From a virus (taxonomy: Duplodnaviria; Caudoviricetes): a stretch of DNA of 29,604 nt. Positions 8,085 through 15,215 of this stretch are shown here, one piece after another. The notes below the pieces were generated by a model. That model searched no databases, had not been told where the DNA came from, and saw nothing but the letters and a program-made list of their open reading frames with translations. The first letter of the stretch is position 1; each line of letters opens with the position of its first letter. The stretch covers positions 1 through 29,604 of the IMG/VR virus record IMGVR_UViG_3300031974_001881, one strand, 5' to 3'. Both the position numbers and the translations under genes were made by a program.

Positions 8085-9329
8085 TTAAAATGCAAATAAT
8101 TGAACGGGGGCTCCTATTGTTTGTCCACTTGAAAATGTGAAATTTGTAAATTTTCTATCTATATCATCTTTAAATATGAATGTTGTAGCAGCTGTAGCTA
8201 AACCACCTGAACGAGTAAAGAAATTTACAACTCTTTCTGATACTCCATCCTCACCCACAGCAGACAATTTTTTTGAACCTACTTTTGAACCTTCTGGTAA
8301 AGTTGCACCGTTGGCAGAAATTTCAATAGTTCCTGATCCGTCTGCACTAATTGTAGCACCATTTAAATCAATTGTATTTCCAGATAAGTATAGGTCTCTC
8401 CATCTTAATGATGTTGTTCCTAAATCATATGTAATATTTGTATCTGGTACAAAATGACTTCCTACCCTAGCATTAAACGTAACTGTATCACTTGAAGATG
8501 AACCAAAAGTTGGACTGTTAACTAATGCAATTGTTAATGTGTCACCACTAATTGTTGATGAAATACCTGAAGCACCCGCTACCTTTAAAGTATCGTTTCC
8601 TAATGTTATAGATGATGATGTAGAACTATCATCTACAATTGTAAGTGTGTCTGAAAAACTTGTTGATCCAGCTGATGTTATTCTACCTTGTTGATCTACA
8701 GTAAACGTGGGTATTTGTGATGATGAACCATAAGAACCTGGCGTTACTGCTGTGTCATCTAAGTCGATAGCAACTGCATCCGTTGAAACTGTTGTTGTAA
8801 TTCCTGTATCACCTGTAACTGATAAAGTATCTCCTAAATCAATTGCGTGTGAACCACTATCGCCTGAAACTGTAATTGTTGAATATGTTAAATCAGAATT
8901 AGTTATTGTTCCTAACTTCATTGTAGAAACATCTGTACCGTCTGATAAAGTATATGGAAAATAATATGATTGTGATACTATATTATTTAATAATCCTGTG
9001 GGAGTTGTAACATCGTTACTATTTGTTAGGGGTAATGATGTTTCTGAACCATCATTTAATGTAAAAGGAACGTGCTTACCAATATTAAATTCAAATTCAT
9101 TTCTCCAATTACTGCCATTGTAAGCAAGATAATGGCCGTTTCTTAAATCTGTTTCGGTAACATTAGTTAGATCACCTAAATCACCACCAGCACCACCAAT
9201 TTCTTTGATTGTACCTGAGTCGTTAATATAAAGTTTTTTGGCGCTAGTATCTACAGCAACCTCACCACTTGTAATATTACTTGTGGTTGGTGTACTTGTA
9301 CCTCTTTTGAGTTTTATAACTGTCGCCAT
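8085..9329 (-). CDS. Tail-fibre protein (414 aa) with Mtd_N/hyaluronidase-N-like N-terminus
   Basis: MATVIKLKRGT..P.......GEVAVDT..KKLYI; GSYGS..IPTFTVDQQGR module; YDLGTTSLRWRDLYLSG motif. Confidence 0.8.
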   Translation of the reverse strand: MATVIKLKRGTSTPTTSNITSGEVAVDTSAKKLYINDSGTIKEIGGAGGDLGDLTNVTETDLRNGHYLAYNGSNWRNEFEFNIGKHVPFTLNDGSETSLPLTNSNDVTTPTGLLNNIVSQSYYFPYTLSDGTDVSTMKLGTITNSDLTYSTITVSGDSGSHAIDLGDTLSVTGDTGITTTVSTDAVAIDLDDTAVTPGSYGSSSQIPTFTVDQQGRITSAGSTSFSDTLTIVDDSSTSSSITLGNDTLKVAGASGISSTISGDTLTIALVNSPTFGSSSSDTVTFNARVGSHFVPDTNITYDLGTTSLRWRDLYLSGNTIDLNGATISADGSGTIEISANGATLPEGSKVGSKKLSAVGEDGVSERVVNFFTRSGGLATAATTFIFKDDIDRKFTNFTFSSGQTIGAPVQLFAF

Positions 9330-9358
9330 AAATCAAATCTCCTAAAATTGACGACTAA

Positions 9359-11710
9359 TTAAAATGTTCCGCCGTCTAAACTTGTTACCGTAACTGCTCC
9401 TGAACTGACTGTGAAATTGTCTGAACTGAAAGAAGCCACACCTTTATTTGAAGTTGTTGCTAATTCACCAGCAATGGTTAATGTTGTTCCTGAAATTGTT
9501 GCGTCAACACCTTCTCCTCCAGCAATTGCTATAGTTGCACCTAAATCAATTACACTTGTTGTTGAACTATCATCAGAAAAAGTAATTGTAGAATTAGATA
9601 ATTTATTATTTGGTATTGATCCTGCTAATTTAGCGGCTGTAATAGAACCTGCTAACATGGCATCTGTAACACCCAATGCTTTAATTCTTATTGCGTCTGA
9701 ACTTACTTCTATTGAACTGTCATCAACTTCAACATCAAGTTGGTTACCAGTTTTACTTAAAGCTGCACCAGCACTAATTTGACCTGCACCTGAAAACTGT
9801 TGAAATACAATATCAGTACTACCAAAAGTTGGTACGCCATTGTGAGTTGCAACATAACCGTTATCTGCGTTAGCAGTACCTTCTTCAACAAAGAAGAATG
9901 TTCCGCCAGTTAATTCAGCAGCTGTGTCTGCGTCTGGACTTCTTGTTAATACGAAAGCCGTAGAGCCATCACCTACTGTAGTTACTTTGTAGATACCGTT
10001 TTGTACTGCACTTGCCTGGTTCTTAATTAGAACTCTGTCATTTTGTACAGTAGCAACACCGTCAATTGTTAATGCACCGTTAGCGTCAGCAGTTAAAGTA
10101 CCTGCACCGTTATTATATGTAACAGCCGCTAATGCACTTGCTGTAGCAAGTCTAACTGAATCTTTAACATCTAAACCATTTGCAACACTATCAACATATG
10201 CTTTTGTAGCTGCGTCTTGGTCACTTGTTGGATCTGTAACACTTGTAATTCTACTAGAGTTTACATCAACCGTACCAGTACCATTTGGATCTAAAACGAT
10301 ATTACCATTTGTATTAGTAGAGGTAACAGTATTACCATTTACATTTAAATTATCAACTGTTAACTCTGTTACACCTGCAATAGCAGTTGTAGTTGCACCT
10401 AATGTTAATGTAGATGAACCTAAAGTAATTGTAGAGTTTGTAAGAGATGAGTTAGCTATGTTTGCTAATGTGTTACTAGCAGCGTCAATAGTTTTATTTG
10501 TTAATGTTTGAGAGTCATCTAAATCTACCAATGTAGCGTCTGATACTGCACTATTAAATTCTGCAAAAGTACCTGTTATAGTATTATCTGTTAAGTCAAT
10601 AGATTTATTTGTTAAAGTATCAGTAGTAGCTCTACCTACTAAAGTGTCTGAAGATGTTGGTAAAGTTATTGTACCTGAGTTAGTTATAGTTGAAATAACA
10701 GGAGTTGTTAATGTTTTATTAGTTAATGTTTCTGTACCAGTTGTTGATACTAAAGTAGCATCCTGTACAGCTGTATTAAACTCAGCAAAAGTACCTGTTA
10801 TTGTATTTGAATCTAAATCAAGTGTTTTATTTGTAAGTGTATCAGTAGATGTTTCTGTAACAACATTTGAATCTAAGTTTACTGATAAAGTATCACCAGT
10901 AATAGCAGTTGTAATACCAGCACCACCTGTAATTTTAAGTGTGTCTGATAATAAACTAATTGTAGTTGCTGTAGAACTTTCATCAACAATTGTTAATGAT
11001 GTAGCAACTGAAGCTTCACCAGCCGCTGTTAATCTACCTTGTTGGTCAACTGTAAATGTTGGTATTGCTGTAGCAGAACCATAAGAAGCAGGAGTAACTG
11101 CTGTGTCATCTAAATCAATCGAAATGTCATTATTAGAAACAGTTGTTGTAATACCTGTATCACCTGTAAATGTGATTGTTTCACCTGTGTTTACAGTATC
11201 GTTTGAACCTACATCAGCAGCTATAGAGAGAGTTTGTGTTACTGTGCTGAATGATAGGTTACCAGAACCATCTGTTTGTAAAAATTGTCCACTACTACCA
11301 TCGCCGTTAGGGAGAACAAACGTTGTAGAAGTTGAAACGTTATTTGGTGATTTTAATGCTATAAAGTTTGAACCGTTATCAGTTCCTTCATTAAATTTAA
11401 TTCCACCGCCTGCTGTTGTAGAGTTACCTACAAAAATTTCGTCTATTGCTTTGTTTGAGTCTACAAGTAAAGCTGAACTTGCTGTTAATGTTCCATTTAC
11501 ATGATCTAATTGATCTGTAAAATATTGTCCGCCGATAACTGTTATGTTATTAGCGTCACCGTTACCGTCAACTCCACCTTCACCTATAAAAATTCTATCA
11601 CCTAGGTTACTTTGTGTGCCTGTACCATAAGTATAAGCTAATTCACCTAATTTAAGTGTTGATGGTGCCGCTGTTCCGGAACTTCTTTTTATCTGAATTA
11701 TTGTTGACAT
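9359..11710 (-). CDS. Tail-fibre protein (783 aa) with Mtd_N-like N-terminus
   Basis: MSTIIQIKRS...P..L..GELAY; DAATKAYVD; DRVLIKNQ....QNGIY domain; ends LDGGTF. Confidence 0.85.
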   Translation of the reverse strand: MSTIIQIKRSSGTAAPSTLKLGELAYTYGTGTQSNLGDRIFIGEGGVDGNGDANNITVIGGQYFTDQLDHVNGTLTASSALLVDSNKAIDEIFVGNSTTAGGGIKFNEGTDNGSNFIALKSPNNVSTSTTFVLPNGDGSSGQFLQTDGSGNLSFSTVTQTLSIAADVGSNDTVNTGETITFTGDTGITTTVSNNDISIDLDDTAVTPASYGSATAIPTFTVDQQGRLTAAGEASVATSLTIVDESSTATTISLLSDTLKITGGAGITTAITGDTLSVNLDSNVVTETSTDTLTNKTLDLDSNTITGTFAEFNTAVQDATLVSTTGTETLTNKTLTTPVISTITNSGTITLPTSSDTLVGRATTDTLTNKSIDLTDNTITGTFAEFNSAVSDATLVDLDDSQTLTNKTIDAASNTLANIANSSLTNSTITLGSSTLTLGATTTAIAGVTELTVDNLNVNGNTVTSTNTNGNIVLDPNGTGTVDVNSSRITSVTDPTSDQDAATKAYVDSVANGLDVKDSVRLATASALAAVTYNNGAGTLTADANGALTIDGVATVQNDRVLIKNQASAVQNGIYKVTTVGDGSTAFVLTRSPDADTAAELTGGTFFFVEEGTANADNGYVATHNGVPTFGSTDIVFQQFSGAGQISAGAALSKTGNQLDVEVDDSSIEVSSDAIRIKALGVTDAMLAGSITAAKLAGSIPNNKLSNSTITFSDDSSTTSVIDLGATIAIAGGEGVDATISGTTLTIAGELATTSNKGVASFSSDNFTVSSGAVTVTSLDGGTF

Positions 11711-11720
11711 TTATTTCTCC

Positions 11721-11990
11721 CTAAAAATTGCCACCGTTAAATACTAATGTTCCTGTAGTAGTATCTAACTCGTTTCTTGTTTTAAATTTATCTGAGGAGG
11801 CGTCATACTGTAATAATGCACCATCATCCAAAGTAGTAGAATCAACATCCGATAAATTTCTTAACTTAGACAATGTTACAGATACATTTGTGCTTGGCAC
11901 TTGTACTGAAACTTGTTGTGGACCTGATGATGTTGAAGAGTTTATATTTGCTCTTAAACCACCAGTTTGATTAATTCTAGCTTTTACCAT
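11721..11990 (-). CDS. Small virion structural/fibre-linker protein
   Basis: LRNLSDVD...DGALLQYD...KF fibre-type motif; ends FNGGNF; GAGGA RBS and late promoter upstream. Confidence 0.7.
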   Translation of the reverse strand: MVKARINQTGGLRANINSSTSSGPQQVSVQVPSTNVSVTLSKLRNLSDVDSTTLDDGALLQYDASSDKFKTRNELDTTTGTLVFNGGNF

Positions 11991-12011
11991 TAACTTCCTC
12001 TCTCTTTGTAA

Positions 12012-12019
12012 TATTTATA
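12012..12019 (-). promoter_or_regulatory. T4-type late promoter TATAAATA inside an RBS-covering hairpin (11989-12047)
   Basis: Exact consensus; complementary flanking arms. Confidence 0.85.
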
Positions 12020-12046
12020 ACGAAAAGTATCTAAAGAAGAAACTAA

Positions 12047-12382
12047 TTATACTCTTGGACTAACGGAAACAATACCTTCAATAACTCTCGTTACTGAACT
12101 ATCAGCTGTTTTTACTATATAAACATCATAAACATATCTTGTATGTTCATCTAAAGCTGCTGTTTGATTTTCAGTTAATGATAATTCTATGACACCTGTT
12201 GTAGGGTCACTAGCAAGATTAGCTGTAAATGCAATCTTTGTAGAAGCGTTGTAACTTGTCGCCAAGTTAGCAAAGGTTGTATAGCCTGTTAAATCAACGG
12301 CATTTCCATCTGAATTAGTTACAGTTACATCTGAACTGAAACTTGTTCCTTGGTCTATTCTAAGATTTGCTACTGCCGCCAT
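12047..12382 (-). CDS. Beta-sandwich fibre-attachment adaptor (BppU-N/T5 p132-like)
   Basis: NL.IDQGT.F....V...DG..VDLTGYT...G.I.LSLT..QT..L...RYVYDV...RV.EG.V.V.P pattern; family recalled, not searched. Confidence 0.65.
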   Translation of the reverse strand: MAAVANLRIDQGTSFSSDVTVTNSDGNAVDLTGYTTFANLATSYNASTKIAFTANLASDPTTGVIELSLTENQTAALDEHTRYVYDVYIVKTADSSVTRVIEGIVSVSPRV

Positions 12383-12584
12383 TGAATTGTTTTACACCTT
12401 CTTGTATTTTACCATTGTAATAATTAGTCAAAACTTCAATTTTTTCTAATTCAATTTCATGTCTTACTTTAGATTGTTGAATTTCTTGTCTAGCTGCAAT
12501 AATATTTCTCAATTCTAAAGGCAGAGAATCTAAATCGTACTCTTTTTCATCTATTTTTATTTTATTTTTTACTTCATCAGCCAT
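12360..12584 (-). CDS. Hypothetical coiled-coil protein
   Basis: Start moved to ATG 12584 (MADEVK) because GAGG lies at 12591-12594; overlaps the next gene by 23 nt. Confidence 0.65.
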   Translation of the reverse strand: MADEVKNKIKIDEKEYDLDSLPLELRNIIAARQEIQQSKVRHEIELEKIEVLTNYYNGKIQEGVKQFNGGSSKS

Positions 12585-12607
12585 AATATACCTCACTTAT
12601 AATTTAA

Positions 12608-12811
12608 TTATTTACTTACTTTTTTAATTTGTTTTATTAGTTTATCTTTTGTTTGTCTTTTATCTAACTCAACACCAAGTTTTCTTCCTAGAACCTCTAG
12701 TTCACTTTTTGTTTTTTTCTTCAAGTCTGAAATTTTAATTTCAGGTTGTTTCTCTACTTTCTTTTTGAAAGGAGATAACATCTTTAAGAATTTTTTAATT
12801 TTATGCACCAT
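12608..12811 (-). CDS. Small basic protein with Rho-N/HeH-like helix-extended-helix motif
   Basis: LKKKTKSELEVLGRKLGVELDKRQTKDKLIKQI; start uncertain (12817, 12811 or 12781). Confidence 0.6.
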   Translation of the reverse strand: MVHKIKKFLKMLSPFKKKVEKQPEIKISDLKKKTKSELEVLGRKLGVELDKRQTKDKLIKQIKKVSK

Positions 12812-13010
12812 TGTCAACTATTGTCCCGCCAGCTGCTGTAAATTCGTCAATCATGCCTAATGCAAGATGATCGCTTCCTAATTCTGCAACAAAAACGACA
12901 TCATTTTCCAATGTTATTCTATAACCAGAATGAACTCCGTCTGTGTAAACTTTTTCACAAGTTTTCCAGAGAGCGCCTGAATGGTTATCTGTATAATTAT
13001 TTCCTGTCAT
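12801..13010 (-). CDS. Hypothetical protein, possibly a tail-fibre assembly chaperone
   Basis: GAGG RBS and own late promoter; C-terminal EFTAAGGTIVD weakly recalls small fibre-associated proteins. Confidence 0.6.
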   Translation of the reverse strand: MTGNNYTDNHSGALWKTCEKVYTDGVHSGYRITLENDVVFVAELGSDHLALGMIDEFTAAGGTIVDNGA

Positions 13011-13027
13011 TTTTTACCTCTTAACAC

Positions 13028-13035
13028 TATTTATA
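13028..13035 (-). promoter_or_regulatory. T4-type late promoter TATAAATA
   Basis: Exact consensus immediately after the stop codon of 13036..13518. Confidence 0.85.
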
Positions 13036-13518
13036 TTATTGTCCCAAGTATCTGAAAGAAATAACCGCTGAATTGGCAGGAGCCACTCCAAAAGTTAAAG
13101 TTGTTCCAGAAATTGTGTAATCTGTTGTTGGTGTTTTTACTGCACCGTTCACCACTACCAACACATTATCAACTGTTCTATTTGCAGCTATTGTAAATGC
13201 TGTTGTAGAACCGTTACCTGTTGCTGAGTCGGATGAAAAGGTACTAGAACCTACAGAAGCTACTGTAAGTTTAGCACCTAAAAATATTATGAAACCTGAT
13301 TGTCCATTTGTTGGCGCTGAACCGAATGTTATTGTGCTACCACCACCTGTTATGGTATAATCTGTCGTTGGCTGCTGAATAACATCATTGTAAAAAACTA
13401 AAATTGAGGATGGTGATGAAACAGCAAAATCTAATGCAAATTCTGTTGTCGAACCATTACCTGAAAATGTTTGTGATTCTAATGAACCAAACGCCGGTGA
13501 TCTTCCTATGTAAGCCAT
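13036..13518 (-). CDS. Fibre-associated protein with two T7-gp17-N-like domains
   Basis: MAYIGRSP start; two GNGSTT.F...V.V..NG/ND....PTTDYTI.G...TFG.AP.N domains. Confidence 0.75.
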   Translation of the reverse strand: MAYIGRSPAFGSLESQTFSGNGSTTEFALDFAVSSPSSILVFYNDVIQQPTTDYTITGGGSTITFGSAPTNGQSGFIIFLGAKLTVASVGSSTFSSDSATGNGSTTAFTIAANRTVDNVLVVVNGAVKTPTTDYTISGTTLTFGVAPANSAVISFRYLGQ

Positions 13519-13602
13519 TATATGTGTAAATACCTCACTATTATGTCTGCTGAATTGGCAGGAGCCGATCCAAAAGTTAAAGTTGTTCCAGAAATTGTGT
13601 AA
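13067..13602. repeat. 54-bp direct repeat (52/54 identical) at 13067-13120 and 13549-13602
   Basis: gctgaattggcaggagcc[ac/ga]tccaaaagttaaagttgttccagaaattgtgtaa near the 3' ends of two adjacent genes. Confidence 0.9.
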
Positions 13603-14186
13603 GCATCTGTTGGTGTTTGATGTAAACCATTTACGAAAACCATTACATCGCTTTCTGTTCTACCATTTAAAATTGTAAATGCTGTTTGAGAACCGTTACC
13701 TGTAAATTGAACATATGAATTTGTTAAACCTGTTATTAGGTTTGCATGAGAAACTTTTTTTAATGCACCTGCTGATGTATCATAAATTAAAATCTGATCT
13801 GTTAGAGCAGGAGTACCACCCAATGCGTCATGGTCATTAATCATACTAGCGCTTAAAGAATTTTTTGATACTGAACCATCTGTAGGTCTAACTACCGATG
13901 TTGAATTGGCAGGATTTATAACATATATATCTGCACCACTAGCCGGCGCAGCTGAAAAAGTAATTCTTCTAATATTGCTTGATCCATCTCTACCTAAAGT
14001 GTATGCTTTACCAGAACCTGGCTCTTGTCTAATGTTATCTATATAAACCTCTAAATCATTTTCTCCACCATCTGCTGGAGCGTCTTTTGATAAATCAAAT
14101 ACTACAGTTGATCCATCTCCGGTAAAAGATTCTTTATCACTTAAACCTCTAAACTGATCTTGTGGTTCTATACCAATATACGGCAT
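13518..14186 (-). CDS. Fibre-associated protein with two T7-gp17-N-like domains
   Basis: MPYIGIEP start; FTGDGSTVVF and FTGNGSQTAF domains; TAATG overlap with the next gene. Confidence 0.75.
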   Translation of the reverse strand: MPYIGIEPQDQFRGLSDKESFTGDGSTVVFDLSKDAPADGGENDLEVYIDNIRQEPGSGKAYTLGRDGSSNIRRITFSAAPASGADIYVINPANSTSVVRPTDGSVSKNSLSASMINDHDALGGTPALTDQILIYDTSAGALKKVSHANLITGLTNSYVQFTGNGSQTAFTILNGRTESDVMVFVNGLHQTPTDAYTISGTTLTFGSAPANSADIIVRYLHI

Positions 14187-14204
14187 TATTTCTCCTGTTT
14201 ATTT

Positions 14205-14567
14205 CTATACATCTTCTAATAAGGAAATAGTTGCGTCAACTGAATTAGATGTATTTGCTGATACTCTAATTATATCATTATTAGTACCATCACCTTGTAC
14301 TACTAACTTGTTACCTTGCATTATTTCCAAAGAAGAACCGGCAGGAATACTCACATCCTTAGCTATGTAAACATCGTTAGTACCATCATAATTATCTAAA
14401 AACACACTTACTAAAACACCACTTGTTGTAGTATTAGCAAGAGTTATTCCGATAATTATAGACTCTTTCGCTGAACCACTTGACGGTACAGTATATAAAG
14501 CGTCAGCACTTGCACCAGTTGAGGTTGTGATATTTGCCTTTGTAAATCTTTTAAAATCGTTTGCCAT
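14205..14567 (-). CDS. Small beta-rich virion adaptor protein
   Basis: MANDFK...LYTVP...IIIG.TLAN...IAKDVSIPAGSSLE...KLV pattern; own late promoter. Confidence 0.7.
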   Translation of the reverse strand: MANDFKRFTKANITTSTGASADALYTVPSSGSAKESIIIGITLANTTTSGVLVSVFLDNYDGTNDVYIAKDVSIPAGSSLEIMQGNKLVVQGDGTNNDIIRVSANTSNSVDATISLLEDV

Positions 14568-14584
14568 TTTTTATTTTCCCTTAA

Positions 14585-14592
14585 TATTTATA
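14585..14592 (-). promoter_or_regulatory. T4-type late promoter TATAAATA
   Basis: Exact consensus, intergenic. Confidence 0.85.
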
Positions 14593-14594
14593 AT

Positions 14595-14993
14595 CTATCC
14601 TAGAGCAATTGCCTGTGCTATAGCAAAAGGTTGTGTTGCAACAGGAACACTACCGATAGTTAAAGCGGCAGAGTCCAAACTTGTTAATCCAGAAATCGTA
14701 CTAGCCAACGCAATAGTTAAAGTATCAGTTGCTGAAACTGTTGCTGTAATCTGATTTGAAGTGCCAGCAATAGTAAAAACATCACCAGAGTTAATCTGTT
14801 GAACTGTTGAGCTACTATCTCTAATAGTAAATGCCGTATCTACGGCAGCGTCTATTTCATTTATAGCACCAACAATACTTGAAGCACTTGTCGTTAAAGT
14901 ACTTGGATCACCAATGTCTGTTTGCGACAAACTATTGATAGTCGTTCTTAACGTAGCTAAAGTATCTGATAATGCAATTGTTCTAGCAGCCAT
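14595..14993 (-). CDS. Short fibre/stalk protein
   Basis: N-terminal helical segment (DTLATLRTTIN...SIVGAINE); C-terminal FAIAQAIALG. Confidence 0.7.
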   Translation of the reverse strand: MAARTIALSDTLATLRTTINSLSQTDIGDPSTLTTSASSIVGAINEIDAAVDTAFTIRDSSSTVQQINSGDVFTIAGTSNQITATVSATDTLTIALASTISGLTSLDSAALTIGSVPVATQPFAIAQAIALG

Positions 14994-15214
14994 TACTTGT
15001 TAATTACCTCTTTTATCATTTGTTTAATTTCGTATAATTCACTTTTTAAATTATTTATCTCTTTTACCGCACTTCTTAATTCATCTTGTTGTGTTTGTCT
15101 TCTTTTAAAATTTTTAATATATAACTCAAATTCTGTTTTACTACTATTTACTACAGCACCAGTTTTTGTGTTTTTTACTAAACCATCATATCCTTCAACT
15201 TTTAATATTGACAT
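14993..15214 (-). CDS. Small coiled-coil virion protein
   Basis: KVEG..GLV....TGAVVN then heptads (EINNLKSELYEIKQMI); TAATG overlap with the next gene. Confidence 0.75.
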   Translation of the reverse strand: MSILKVEGYDGLVKNTKTGAVVNSSKTEFELYIKNFKRRQTQQDELRSAVKEINNLKSELYEIKQMIKEVINK

Positions 15215-15215
15215 A

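Noticed and set aside
13067-13602. Possible diversity-generating retroelement TR/VR pair, also prompted by the Mtd_N-like domains
   Set aside because: Both copies are coding, the two mismatches are not adenine-specific, and there is no reverse transcriptase in the window
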